A stretch of DNA of 36,621 nucleotides from an uncultured Candidatus Rokubacteria bacterium (GCA_963826115.1 CAWGVS010000009.1:1-36621); one strand, 5' to 3'; shown: positions 18,050 to 28,810, counted from the first letter of the stretch. The notes: generated by a model not told the origin, from the letters alone. Program-made: numbers and translations.

Positions 18050-18892
18050 ATGCTGACCATCGATGCCCAGGTGCACTGCTACGAGCGCAACCATCCGGGC
18101 CGGCCCTGGGCCGCCGTTCTCCAGGGCCCGCCCGAGGTCACCGGCGACGACATGGTGGCGGCCATGGACGCCGTCGGCGTGGACGGGGCGCTCCTCGTCT
18201 CCCCCTTCGCCATGTACCGCTACGACGCGAGCTACGCGGTCGCCCAGCATGCGGCGCATCCCGATCGCCTGGCCCTGATCAAGCCGGTCGATCCGACCGA
18301 TCCCGCGGTGGGCGACACGGTCGCGGCGTGGGCGGCCGCCCGGGGCGCGGTGGCCATCCGGCTCATGCTGAGGCCGGAGGTGACGGCCGACCCCGCCGAT
18401 CCCGGGCTCAATCGCGTGCTGGCGGCGGCCGCCCGGCACGCCCTGCCGGTCAACGTCCTCTGCTGGGGGCGGCTCGAGCAGGTCGGCGGGCTCGCCGCCC
18501 GGAACCCCAACACGCGGCTGGTGATCGACCATCTCGGCCTCCAGCAGCCGTTCGTGCCGCCCCCGCCCGCCCAGCCGTGGGCCGACCTGCCGAAGCTCCT
18601 CGCGCTGGCGGCGCTCGACAACGTCACGGTGAAGATCAGCGGAGCCTGCACGCTGTCGCACGAGCCCTTCCCGTACCGGGACATCTGGGACCCGCTCGCC
18701 CGCATCTTCGACGCGTTCGGCTTCGACCGCTGCATGTGGGGCACCGACTGGACGCGCGCGGTGGAGCTCTTGACCTACAAGCAGGGCGTCGACGCGTTCC
18801 GCGTCACCGACCGCCTGTCGGACAGCGATCGGGTCCCGCTCATGGGCGAGACGCTCCGCCGCGTCTACCGGTGGGCGCCCACGAAGGTCTGA
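18050..18892 (+). CDS. Amidohydrolase family 2 protein
   Basis: IDAQVH, VIDHLG, VKISG, CMWGTDW. Confidence 0.92.
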   Translation: MLTIDAQVHCYERNHPGRPWAAVLQGPPEVTGDDMVAAMDAVGVDGALLVSPFAMYRYDASYAVAQHAAHPDRLALIKPVDPTDPAVGDTVAAWAAARGAVAIRLMLRPEVTADPADPGLNRVLAAAARHALPVNVLCWGRLEQVGGLAARNPNTRLVIDHLGLQQPFVPPPPAQPWADLPKLLALAALDNVTVKISGACTLSHEPFPYRDIWDPLARIFDAFGFDRCMWGTDWTRAVELLTYKQGVDAFRVTDRLSDSDRVPLMGETLRRVYRWAPTKV

Positions 18893-19027
18893 CCGGCTCG
18901 CCGGACGCGTGATCTACGCGGGCGCGATCGTGAGATCCGGCCCGTGAGGGCCCGAAGTCGTTGGCGTCGGCGACCCGGACGCTCCTGACGTGACCCGCGA
19001 GTTCACGGGACCGACCCCGGGCGGCTC

Positions 19028-22000
19028 CTACCCGAGCACCATGCCGAGCGCCTGGCCCATCGCGGTCGCCGTGGCGAGATGGCTCGCGGCCAGCTCGTCC
19101 GCTCCGCGCTGCCGGTGGAGCGTCGCCAGGCCGGCGTGACACCGGGCCATCAGGGGACGCATCCCGAGCTCGGTGGCCAGCGTGAGACTCCGACCGGTAG
19201 TGCTCGATCGCCTCGGCGCCGCTCTCCGCGCACGCGGACGCGGCCGCGGCGCGGAGCCGGTGGGCATGCGCCTCGTTCCCTCGCTCCCCGTGCGCGCGGG
19301 CGAGCTCGAGGGCGCGGACGGCGTGGCGCGTCGCCTCGTCGAGCCGTCCCATGCGTAGATGCGCCTCGCCGAGCCAGGCGGTCCAGAGCGCCACATCCAC
19401 CTTCCAGGGCGTGGTCAGAGCCTGCTCGAGGAGACGGATCGCGTCCGTGAATCGCCCCGCCTCGGTGCAGGCGGCGCCCAGCTCCGCCGACACGATCGGC
19501 ACCCAGACCGGGATGTCCCACTCGCGGGCGAGGCGGAGGCCCTCCTCGAGCCCCTCGATGGCCCGCCGCGCGTCGCCGCGCTGGCGGTGCGCCCGCGCGC
19601 TCGCCACCCGCGCGCCGACGCGCGTGAAGAAGTCTTCCCCCGCGGTCGCGATCTGGATGGCCTCGTCGCCGCAGGTGATGGCCTCGGTGAATCGCCCGCA
19701 TTCCGCGTAGCACCACGCCAGCCAGATCCGGGACAGGACGGAGGGGAATCCGGCGACGCCGTAGCGATGGTGGGCGAGGCTGCCCTCGAGCGAGGCCACC
19801 GCCCACGACAGGTGCCGGATCGCCTCGGCATACTCGCCGACCGCGTAGCGCGCGCGGCCGAGATAGAACGCGGTCGCCACCTCGAGCCCCATGTTTCCGA
19901 GCGCCTTCGCGCTGTCGAGCGCGCGCTGCCCGACGTCGATCGCCTGGTCATGCCGGCCCTCGACCCAGAAGTACTGGCTCATGTACGAGGCCCCGCGCGC
20001 GAGCCGCAGAGGATCGGACAGCGCCTCCGCCAGCCGCTCCGCCTCGCGGAGCCACCGGAGGACCCGTCCGGGCTCCTGGAGCGCGTTGTACGCATCGCGC
20101 AGCCCGAAGCGCAGGTCCACGGCGTCCTCGAGCGCCGCCGTGGTTCGCGGGAGGTGCTCCAGCGCGTCGACGGCGAGCTCCAGGAACGCCGCCATCGCCC
20201 GGTACGCGGACTGGGCGCGAGCGCGCGTCGCGGCTTGGCGGGCGTAGAGGAGCGCCCGGTCCCAGCGCTCGCCCCGGCTGGCATGGTAGGCGAGGCGATC
20301 CGCGTGCTCCCCCAGGCGGTCGCCGTAGTTCCGCTCGATGGCGTCCACCAGGCGGCCGTGGAGCAGGCGCCGCCGGCTCGGCGCCACCTGGCGGTACACG
20401 ACCTCCTGGATCACGGCGTGCTTGAACGTGAACTCCTGGGCGGAGGCGAGTCCCACCTCGTACAGGAGCTCGGACGCCTGGAGATCCTGGAGCCCCTCGT
20501 GGAGCCGGTCCCGGGACAGCTCGGCCACGTCCTGGAGGAGGGGCACCGGGACGACGGAGCCGATGACCGACGCCACGTCGAGGGCCTGCCGCGCGGCGTC
20601 CCCCAGGCGCTCCACGCGAGTCAGGATCACGTCCTCGACGGTGTCCGGCAGGGCGATGCCCTCCGGCGGCTCGGTCAGTCGCCAGCCGTCGCCCACGCGC
20701 TCCAGGGCGCCGAGATCCTGGAGCATCCGCACCATCTCCTCGACGAAGAAGGGGTTGCCCGAGACCTTCCCCACGATCAGCGTCTCGAGGGCTTCCGGGA
20801 TCTCCGCCGCGCCCAGGAGCCGGCGGGCCACCTCGACGCTGTCCCGGGCCGACAGCGACATGAGCGGCAGCCGCGTGTGGAAGCTCCGGTCACCGACGGG
20901 GGACGTGTGTCCGGGGCGCGCGGTGAGGATCATCAGGGCTCGGCGCGTCGCCAGACCGTCGGCCAGCGCGGCCAGGAACTCCTGCGTGGCCTGGTCGGCC
21001 CAGTGGATGTCCTCGAGCACCAAGATCTCGGGCCCGCGCTCGGAGACTCGCAGCAGCACCCGTCGCACGGCGTCCAGGAGCCTCGCGCGCCGCGCGTTCG
21101 GATCCATCGCCGCCAGCGAGGGATCGCCCGGGTCGAGCGCCACGAGGTCGCGCAGGAACGGCAGGGTCGAGCGAAGGTCGTCCCCGAGGCCCCGGACGTA
21201 GGCGTCGAGGCGGCCGGCTGCCGTCGCCTCCTCGTCCCGCTCGCCGATCCCCGAGGCTCGCCGGAAGAGGTCGATCAGCGGGTGAAAGGGCATGGCGTGG
21301 CCGAACGGGATCGCGTGACCCTCGAGCCACGCGGCCTGGTCGCCACACGCCTGGCGAAACTCTCGCAGGAGACGAGACTTCCCGATGCCCGGCTCGCCGA
21401 CGATGGACACGACCTGGCCCTTGCCCGCGCACGCCTGCTCGAAGCGCTCGCGGAGGAGCCCGAGCTCGGCCAGCCGACCCACGAACCGGCCCGTGTCGCG
21501 CGAGGCCACCGCCGCGCCGACCAGCCGGTGGGCCTCGCCCGGCATCCCGCTCGCGGCGGCGACCGGAAGGAGCTCGAAGCGACGCGCCAGGAGCGCCGCC
21601 CCCTGGGCGCTCACGAGCGTCGCGCCCGGTTCCGCGCGGCCGGCGAGGCGCTCCAGGACCTGCCGGACCCGACCCTTGGTGTCGGCATCGATCTCGAGGG
21701 CGTCGCCGACACGCGCGACCGGGAGCCGCTCGGCGTGAAGCGCGAGCGCGAGGCCCGGAGGGCCGGGATCGCCGCGCCGGATCGTGACGGCCCGCTGGAT
21801 GGCCAGCGACGCGTACGCCGCCCGGCGCGGGGCATCGTCGAGGGCCTCGAGCCCGAACACGGCCACGACGCCGGTGGCGTCGAGCTCGTCCACCGTCCCG
21901 CCGAAGCTCTGGACCTTGTCGAGCACGATGTCGATCGCGCGACTCGAATCCCGCGAGTCGGGCTCCGTGGGTCCGGCCCCGAGCCGGGCTCGGAGCAGGA

Positions 22001-23138
22001 CCACGCGGCGTCGAATCCACCGCTCGGGCGCGGGGGAGTCCGGTTCCCCAGCCGCAGCGGACGACGCGAGCGCCTCCGCCGGCGGTCGGGAGAGCACCGC
22101 GGCCGGCGGGCTGGACGTCCGCGGCGCGGCGCCGCCCCGCTGGCTCAGCCCGAGCTTTTCCATCCGGTAGCGGAGGGTGTTGCGCGGGACCCCGAGGCGG
22201 GCGGCGGCCCGGGAGAGGTTCCACCCCGTCGTCCCGAGGGCCTCGAGCACACGGACGCGCTCGGCGTCGGCGCTCGCGTCGACCGCGGCCCGTCGCTCGC
22301 CGCCGATGTTCGCGCCGGCGGCGGGCGCCGCGGCCGGGAGCCCGAGCGCGGCTGCCGTGACGGTCGGCGCGTCGGACAGGAGCGCCACGCGCTCCATTGC
22401 GTTGGCCAGCTCCCGCACGTTCCCCGGCCAGGGGTACTCGAGGAGCGCGGCGCGGGCGTCCGGCGCGAGGGTCCGCGGGCCGAGCCCGTAGTCCTCGCAC
22501 GCCTGCCGGAGAAAATGCTCGGCCAGCCCGACGGCGTCCTCGCCACGCTCCCGGAGCGGCGGGAGCCGGAGCGTCAGGAGCGCGAGACGGTGATAGAGGT
22601 CCTCGCGGAAGCGCCGCTCCCTCGCGGCGGCCGGGAGGTCCTCGCTGGTCGCGGACACGATCCACACGTCCGCCGGCTCGCTCCGCGTGCTCCCGAGCCG
22701 CCGCACCGAGCGGTCCTCCAGCACCTTCAGGAGCTTGGCCTGCAGCGCCTCCGGCAGGAGCCCCACCTCGTCCAGGAACAGCATCCCCCGGTGCGCCGTC
22801 TGCAAGAGTCCGGGCTTGGCGTGCCGGGCGTCCGTGAACGCCCCGCGCTCGAATCCGAAGAGCTCCGCCTCGAGCAGGCTCTCCGGAATCGCCGCGCAGT
22901 TCACGTCGACGAACGGCCCGGCGGCCCGCGGCCCCGCGCGGTGGAGGATCCCCGCCAGGAGCCCCTTCCCCGTGCCGGTCTCGCCGAGGATCAGGATCGG
23001 CGCCGGCCGCCGCGGTCCCCCGCCCTGTCGACTGAGCAGCCGGCTCACCTGGTCCCGGACCGCCGCGATGGCGGAGCTCTCGCCCAGAAGCTCGGCGAGC
23101 GCGGCGGCGGGAGGTGTGGGACGGGGGGAGTCACTCAT
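19028..23138 (-). CDS. Sigma54-interacting AAA+ / Fis-HTH / degenerate cyclase-like / AAA ATPase / TPR multidomain regulator, with a one-base frameshift near 19193
   Basis: GETGTGKG, ELFG..GAFTDA, LFLDE, WPGNVREL, HTH NLSRAAARLGVPRNTL, second Walker A GEPGIGKS, LEDIHWAD, GNPFF and TPR helices. The typical tail LATELGMRPLMARCH is in another frame ending at 19028. Confidence 0.9.
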
Positions 23139-23217
23139 CCCAGCGCCATGCTAGCCGGTCTCGCCGCCGGTGAGAAACGGCGATCGGGCGGCCGCTGGCC
23201 GCCCCGCCGGAACGGGG

Positions 23218-23310
23218 TCAGGCCTGGGCGTCGCTGTCCTTGACCCGGGCGAGCAGGCTGAAGGTCGAGGTCGCCAGGAAGGCCACGGCGCACAGCAAGA
23301 GCGCGGCGGA
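23218..23310 (-). pseudogene. 3' remnant of a membrane-protein gene
   Basis: SAALLLCAVAFLATSTFSLLARVKDSDAQA*: all 30 sense codons end in G/C. It abuts the oppositely oriented CoA-transferase remnant. Confidence 0.55.
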
Positions 23311-23311
23311 G

Positions 23312-23908
23312 ATCGACTGCGCCATGCTCGACGCCGCCCTCATGCTGATGAGCTCGCTCGTAACCTCGAGCCTCCACGCCGGTAGCGCGCCGCGGCCCCA
23401 CGGCAACGATCTCCCTCACCCCGGGGTTAGCGGGTACGAAACGAAGGACGGGGTCCTGATGCTCGGCTCGTTCCGCGCCGGCCAGCACCGCCGGCTGTGG
23501 ACGGCGCTGGGCCGCCCCGACCTGGCCGCGCTCAGCTCGGTCGAGGACCAGGAGGACCACCGGGAGCGCATGGCCGAGGCGCTCCGCGACGCGATGGCGG
23601 AGCGCACGGCGCAGGAGTGGGAGGAGTTCCTGGTCGAGATCAACGTGCCGGGCGCCCGGATGCGGGACCTCCTCGAGACGCTAGAACTCGAGCACGTCCG
23701 TCAGCGGGGCTTCCTCCATCGCTACGAGACGGTGCCCGACGTCGAGCGCCCGATCACGGTGCCGATCGCGGCGTTCCGGTACGCGACGGGCGGCCCCCGC
23801 GTCGACACGCCGCCGCCGCGTCTCGGCGCCGACACGGATGCCGTCCTGCGGGATCTGGGCCTGGCCGACGCGGAGATCCGCACGCTCCACCGCGACGGCG
23901 TGGTCTGA
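23312..23908 (+). pseudogene. 5'-truncated family III (CaiB/BaiF) CoA-transferase
   Basis: Begins at IDCAMLD, then GN..P...YETKDG and PPPRLGADTDAVLRDLG. The N-terminal half (typical DLS/GA.VIKVE, NRNKRS, GYD motifs) is missing. Confidence 0.8.
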
Positions 23909-23931
23909 CGCCCCCGCCACCCCGGCGGGCG

Positions 23932-24531
23932 CTACCGCCGGATGCGCTGGCAGATCGCTTCGAAGGCCGCCAGGTCGCCGGCGGTGAGCGTGGCGGGCGC
24001 GAAGGAATCGTCGGGGTCGGCACTGCTCACCGCCCGCGGCGTGACGAAGCGACCGTCGGGAAGGAAGGGATTGTGCCGCGGAGGCGGGGTCAGGGTGAGC
24101 GCGCCCGACCGCCACGCGCCGCTCATCCTGAAGTCGAGGGCGCTGAGCTTCGCGTCGCCGTACTCGAGCCACAGCCGCTCGATCTGGCCTGAGCGGCTGA
24201 CGGAGCCACTGACGGCGTACTCGAACCGCTGCCCCACCGGCGTGCAGAGCACGGCGCGGCCCGTGAGGTTCGGTCGCAGGCCGCGGACGCCCTTCCGGGA
24301 GGAGGTCCGCCGCTCTCGGTACGCGAGGTCGAGATGTATCCCGTACTCGGCGCCCTGCCGGGCCCGGAGCGACCCGCTCCACGTCCCGAGCAGGGTGTCC
24401 CGGCCGATCGACCAGGGCTCCATGACCGCGCGGTAGGCGAACGGCAACCCCCAGTAGGCGGCGACCAGCAGGGCGCCGCCGATGAGCCACACCTGCTTGC
24501 GGGTCAGACGCCATCCGCCCGGCCGATCCAT
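23932..24531 (-). CDS. Hypothetical protein with N-terminal TM anchor
   Basis: AAAGGGGAG precedes ATG 24531; TM VWLIGGALLVAAYWGLPF; coding-type codon bias. Confidence 0.75.
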   Translation of the reverse strand: MDRPGGWRLTRKQVWLIGGALLVAAYWGLPFAYRAVMEPWSIGRDTLLGTWSGSLRARQGAEYGIHLDLAYRERRTSSRKGVRGLRPNLTGRAVLCTPVGQRFEYAVSGSVSRSGQIERLWLEYGDAKLSALDFRMSGAWRSGALTLTPPPRHNPFLPDGRFVTPRAVSSADPDDSFAPATLTAGDLAAFEAICQRIRR

Positions 24532-24748
24532 GGCTCCCCTTTCGAGCTGGCGCCCCCGCACCGCCGCGCCCCGGTCTTCCCCGGATGGCGGACTGTGTCC
24601 CTCGGGTCGGCGGCTCGGTCTTGCTCGGCGCGACGACGATGTCGGACACGCGCCGCCGCCGGGGCCACCCGCGCGGACTCGCGAGAGGATAGCCCAGGCG
24701 GCCCCGGCGAAGCCAACCCCGCGGCTGGACCCGGGGGCGCTGGACGCC

Positions 24749-25900
24749 TCACCAGTTGGTGTAGGAGCCGTCCCGCCGGCGCAGGTGTGGCGCCTCCCAG
24801 TACCGGAACGTCGCGCGCGCCACGCGAGCCTCGTCGACCTCGACGCCCAGGCCGGGCCCGTCGGGCACCACGTACTCGGCGCGGTCGAGCGCGAGCTGGA
24901 CGGGGAAGAACTCGCGGTCGTCGAAGCCCAGCGCCTCGGTCGGGGTGGAGCGGCACTCGAGCCAGGCGAAGTTCGGCACCGCGGCGGCCATGTGCACCGA
25001 GGCGGCGGTGCAGATCGGCCCCAGGGGGTTGTGGGGCATCAGGTCGACGTAGTGCGCCTCGCTCCAGCCGGCGATCTTCATCGCCTCGGTGAAGCCGCCG
25101 ACGTTGCAAACATCGATCCGGTTGAACTGGTGGATGCCCCGCTCGATGTACGGTAAGAACTGCCACTTGGACGAGAACTCCTCGCCGATGGCGAAGGGCA
25201 CGTCGACCAGCCGACGGAGCGCCTCGTAGGCTTCCGGCGTCTCGTCGCGGATCGGCTCCTCGAGGAAGTCGAGCGTGCCGGACGGCATCTTCTGACAGAA
25301 CGACGCCGCCTCCGCGACCGAGAGGCGGTGGTGATAGTCCACGCCGAGCGTGACGGTCTCTCCCAGCGCCTCGCGCGCCGCGACCAGCCAGCGCGCCGTG
25401 ACGGCGATCGACTCGCGGGGCTCGTAGACGGTCTTCGCTGCGTGGTCGGCACAGCTCAGGCGGAAGCAGGTCCAGCCCTTCTCCATGAGGAGCTTGCCCT
25501 GGTCGATCATCGCCGGCCCCGGCTCGGTGGAGGTGGTCGCGAAGGTCGGCACCCGGTCCCGGTGCTTCCCGCCGAGGAGCTGGTGGACCGGCACGCCCAG
25601 CGCCTTGCCACGAATGTCGTGGAGCGCGATATCGATCGCCGAGATGGATGCTGTCAGCACCCGGCCTCCCTCGAAGTACTGGCTCCGATACATTTCCTGC
25701 CAGAGCGCGCCGGGGCGCATCGGGTCCCGGCCGACGAGGAACTGCGCGTAGTGCTCGAGGGCGCCGATCACCGCCTTCTCGCGGCCCGACAGCCCCGATT
25801 CACCCCAGCCGTACACCCCCTCGTCGGTCTCGACCTTGACCAGCAGCTGGTTCCGGGTTCCCACCCACGCCGGATACGGCTTGATCGCGGTGATCCTCAT
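24749..25900 (-). CDS. Mandelate racemase / muconate lactonizing enzyme family (galactonate dehydratase-like)
   Basis: MRITAIK, KVETDEG.YGWGE, SAIDIALHDIRGK, metal ligands DYH / EEP / GEE, PHNPLGP, PGLGVEVDE. Confidence 0.93.
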   Translation of the reverse strand: MRITAIKPYPAWVGTRNQLLVKVETDEGVYGWGESGLSGREKAVIGALEHYAQFLVGRDPMRPGALWQEMYRSQYFEGGRVLTASISAIDIALHDIRGKALGVPVHQLLGGKHRDRVPTFATTSTEPGPAMIDQGKLLMEKGWTCFRLSCADHAAKTVYEPRESIAVTARWLVAAREALGETVTLGVDYHHRLSVAEAASFCQKMPSGTLDFLEEPIRDETPEAYEALRRLVDVPFAIGEEFSSKWQFLPYIERGIHQFNRIDVCNVGGFTEAMKIAGWSEAHYVDLMPHNPLGPICTAASVHMAAAVPNFAWLECRSTPTEALGFDDREFFPVQLALDRAEYVVPDGPGLGVEVDEARVARATFRYWEAPHLRRRDGSYTNW

Positions 25901-26084
25901 GCCCTCGATCCCTCCCGGGCGGCGCGGAGCCACCCGACGTTCGATCCGATCAGGCGTCGATCATCGGCGAAGACCTGCGTGCGGCTCAAGCATGGGTCTG
26001 GCAGCCACACGGCGCGCCGTCCGAGACGAGCCCGCCCCACTTTCCCCGCGGAGCCATGTAGTATCGCTACGGAGTCGCCATCGA

Positions 26085-26843
26085 ATGACCTTCGCCGTCG
26101 CCGCCGAGGCGTATGACCGCTTCATGGGCCGGTACTCGCGGTTGCTGGCGCCGCAGATGGCGGACCTGGCCGGAGTACGCGACGGCCAGCGGGTGCTCGA
26201 CGTCGGATGTGGGCCGGGCGCGCTCACCGCGGAGCTCGTGTCCCGGATCGGGGCGGCGGACGTGGCGGCGGTCGATCCGTCCGAGCCGTTCGTCAAGGCC
26301 GCCCGAGCGCGCTACCCAGATGTCGACGTTCGGCGCGCGTCCGCCGAGGGGCTGCCGTTCGCGGATCGAGCCTTCGACGTGAGCCTCGCCCAGCTCGTCG
26401 TCCACTTCATGCCGGGTCCGGTGCGCGGCCTGGCCGAGATGGCGCGGGTGACACGCCGCGACGGCGTCGTTGCGGCCTGCGTCTGGGACCACGGCAGTCG
26501 TCACGGCCCCCTCAGCGTGTTCTGGCACGCGGCTCACCAGATGGACCCCGATGTCGAGGACGAGTCCCAGCTGCCCGGCGCGCGAGAAGGACACTTGGCC
26601 GAGCTGTTCGTCGCCGCCGGCCTGCGTCATGTCGAGCCGGCCACCCTGTCCGTCAGCCTCGAGCACGCGACGTTCGAGGAGTGGTGGGAGCCGTTCACGC
26701 TCGGCGTCGGGCCGGCGGGCGCCTACACGGCGCGACTCGATCCCGAGGGCCGCGCGGCGCTCCGGGAGGCGTGCCGCACGATGTTGCCCAAGGCGCCTTT
26801 CACGGTGACCGCGCGGGCGTGGGCGGCTCGCGGCCTCGCGTAG
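26085..26843 (+). CDS. Class I SAM-dependent methyltransferase
   Basis: AEAYDRFMGRYS, motif I VLDVGCGPG, VDPSEPF, AQLVVHF, EMARVTR. Confidence 0.93.
   Translation: MTFAVAAEAYDRFMGRYSRLLAPQMADLAGVRDGQRVLDVGCGPGALTAELVSRIGAADVAAVDPSEPFVKAARARYPDVDVRRASAEGLPFADRAFDVSLAQLVVHFMPGPVRGLAEMARVTRRDGVVAACVWDHGSRHGPLSVFWHAAHQMDPDVEDESQLPGAREGHLAELFVAAGLRHVEPATLSVSLEHATFEEWWEPFTLGVGPAGAYTARLDPEGRAALREACRTMLPKAPFTVTARAWAARGLA
26099..26189 (+). repeat. 91-bp direct repeat, copy 1 (5' end of the methyltransferase)
   Basis: Ungapped manual alignment with 27356-27446: first 39 nt identical, 10 mismatches in total. Confidence 0.92.
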
Positions 26844-27035
26844 CTCGCGTCGGGGCGGCGGGGAGCAGGCTGGCTCCGTCCTTCAAGAGCAACCTGAAAC
26901 CGTCGGGCCCGCGAGCTTCTTCGGCACCTCGACGACCACGCTGTGGCAGCGTCGCGCGGCCGCGACTCCGGAGCGCTTCGTCGATCGAGAGGCTACGGGC
27001 GGCGCCCGTGCCCGCGCATTCCTCTGGCGGCGGTC

Positions 27036-27350
27036 TCAGGACTGTATGCCGCGGCCCTGACCGGCCATGTCCATCCGGTAGGCAAACTGGGCGACCGCGT
27101 CGCCCGTCCCGGTGTCGAACTTGACGATGCGGTTACAGAACCCATTGCTACCGCCCTCGCGATCATCACGCTCTGCAGCATGGCGTAGACAAATGCGCCG
27201 TTGGGGCTGATCGCCAGGCTCTCGAAGCCGCGGTTGGTGCGCCGGCCGGTGGCGCCGTCGCCGTCGAAGTTGTAGCTGCCGTCGGCGTTGACCGGCTTGA
27301 GGCTCTCCGGGATCTTGAAGGCGCGGATCAGCGTCCCGTCGTGACCGCGC
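27036..27350 (-). pseudogene. Frameshifted internal fragment of an esterase-like activity of phytase family gene
   Basis: GRRTNRGFESLAISPNGAFVYAMLQS, then after a frameshift near 27160 EGGSNGFCNRIVKFDTGTGDAVAQFAYRMD...QGRGI; both ends are missing. Confidence 0.75.
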
Positions 27351-27355
27351 TCCTC

Positions 27356-27446
27356 CGCCGCCGAGGCGTATGACCGCTTCATGGGCCGGTACTCCCGGTT
27401 GCTGGCGCGAAAGATGGTGAGCCTAGCCGAAGTGCGCGACGGCCAG
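27356..27446 (+). repeat. 91-bp direct repeat, copy 2 (orphan fragment of the methyltransferase 5' end)
   Basis: Encodes AAEAYDRFMGRYSRLLARKMVSLAEVRDGQ with no start codon, then diverges. Confidence 0.92.
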
Positions 27447-27801
27447 GAGCGCCTCGAGCGACGGTGACTCGACGTGATAGATTGCTGTCGGCGTCCGGGA
27501 GCAACCTCGTGCCCCCCGCGGCAAACATCCCGCCGTAGACCGGTCGCTGCCGCCGAGGGCTCACGTCATGGTTCGGAGGTGCGGTCCTTCGCCGATTGGA
27601 CAAGAAGAGGCGCCGATGGACGCTCCCAAGCGGCGCGGTGGGGAACGACGTCCCGATCACGGAGGCGGCGAAGAAGCCCGCCGACCGTCCGCGAGCAGGT
27701 CGCGAATCATGCGCGACGGCCCGACGTCGCTCCGGTCGGCGACACCTGAAGCGCGCGCGTGACCGGCGGCAGCGTCACTCGCGCGACCGCGGAGGTGCCG
27801 C

Positions 27802-28590
27802 ATGAAGATCGTCCTGCTCCCCGGCTTTCCCGACTTCACGAACCTGGGCGTGGATGTCTTCCCCGATGAATACTTCAGGGGCGTGCCGGCCATGCTGAAA
27901 GCAGCGGGGTTCGAGGTCTTCGCGCCGCGGGTCGGACCCTTCGGCACGCCCGCCGATCGCAGCGCGCAGGCGGTCGAGTGGCTGACCTCCCGGGGCGCCT
28001 TCGCCGACACGCGGAAAGCGCACATCATCGCGCACAGCGCCGGCGGGCTCGACGCGCGTTATCTGGTCTCCGCGCCGAATGGACCCCGCCTGGCCGCGCG
28101 ATTTCGATCGATCACCACGATCTCGACGCCGCACCGCGGCACGCCCATCGCCGACCTCGTGAGCGGTGCCGTGACCGGGGCGGAGACGATTCTTCCGGTG
28201 CTCCGCGAGCGGTTCCCGCATCTCGAAGAGGGCGTCCGCGGATTGACGACCGCCGCGATGACGGCGTTCAACGCCGTCGTCCATGACGCACCGGACATCG
28301 AGTACCGCAGCTACGTCGGCGTGTTGACGAGCGATCGGATCCTCCAGGGCTCGGTGTTCGCGCCGACGCAGCCGCTGTTCGCCCTCGAGGGCGCCAACGA
28401 CGGTTGGGTGTCGTTCCGATCGGCGCACTGGCGCGAGTTCCGCGGCACCATCCATGCCGATCACGCCGAGGAAATTGGCTACGACCTGTCGCCCGCCGGC
28501 GTGCTGCCGTTCGGGTTCCGTTCGCGCACGTTCGACCATTTCGCGCTGTACAAGCGCATCGCCAACGACATCGTGCCGCTGGGCGAATGA
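27802..28590 (+). CDS. Alpha/beta-hydrolase, triacylglycerol lipase-like
   Basis: Nucleophile elbow AHSAG, STPHRGTPIAD, NDGWVS, ADH; GGAGGT Shine-Dalgarno; no signal peptide. Confidence 0.9.
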   Translation: MKIVLLPGFPDFTNLGVDVFPDEYFRGVPAMLKAAGFEVFAPRVGPFGTPADRSAQAVEWLTSRGAFADTRKAHIIAHSAGGLDARYLVSAPNGPRLAARFRSITTISTPHRGTPIADLVSGAVTGAETILPVLRERFPHLEEGVRGLTTAAMTAFNAVVHDAPDIEYRSYVGVLTSDRILQGSVFAPTQPLFALEGANDGWVSFRSAHWREFRGTIHADHAEEIGYDLSPAGVLPFGFRSRTFDHFALYKRIANDIVPLGE

Positions 28591-28810
28591 GACCGTTCGA
28601 ACAGGGCAAGGGAGGTCCGAGGACCACACGCGTCTTCGCGTCAGCCGTTTCCACGGCGGCCGCGGCGCTGTGCGCCGTGACGACGCGGCGGGCATGAGAG
28701 GGCTTGGCCGGCCCGCCGATCCTGCCGCTGCCGTTCCAGCTCGTCGAAAGCATCGTCAAGTGTTCGCCTACATCGAGCTCGGGCACAGCTCCGGCCGCCC
28801 TTGCCGGCCT

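Noticed and set aside
19359-23243. 1294-aa plus-strand ORF and the many other long overlapping ORFs (e.g. 154-1218, 7364-8899, 12585-15080)
   Set aside because: Antisense or off-frame shadows of real genes, expected in high-GC DNA with few stop codons.
27596-27680. Possible Nudix remnant (WTLPSGAVGNDVPITEAAKK)
   Set aside because: Lacks the REUXEE core; too short and degenerate to support.
28740-28800. Possible IS3 transposase remnant (VFAYIE)
   Set aside because: Six-residue resemblance only; no inverted repeats or other transposase motifs.
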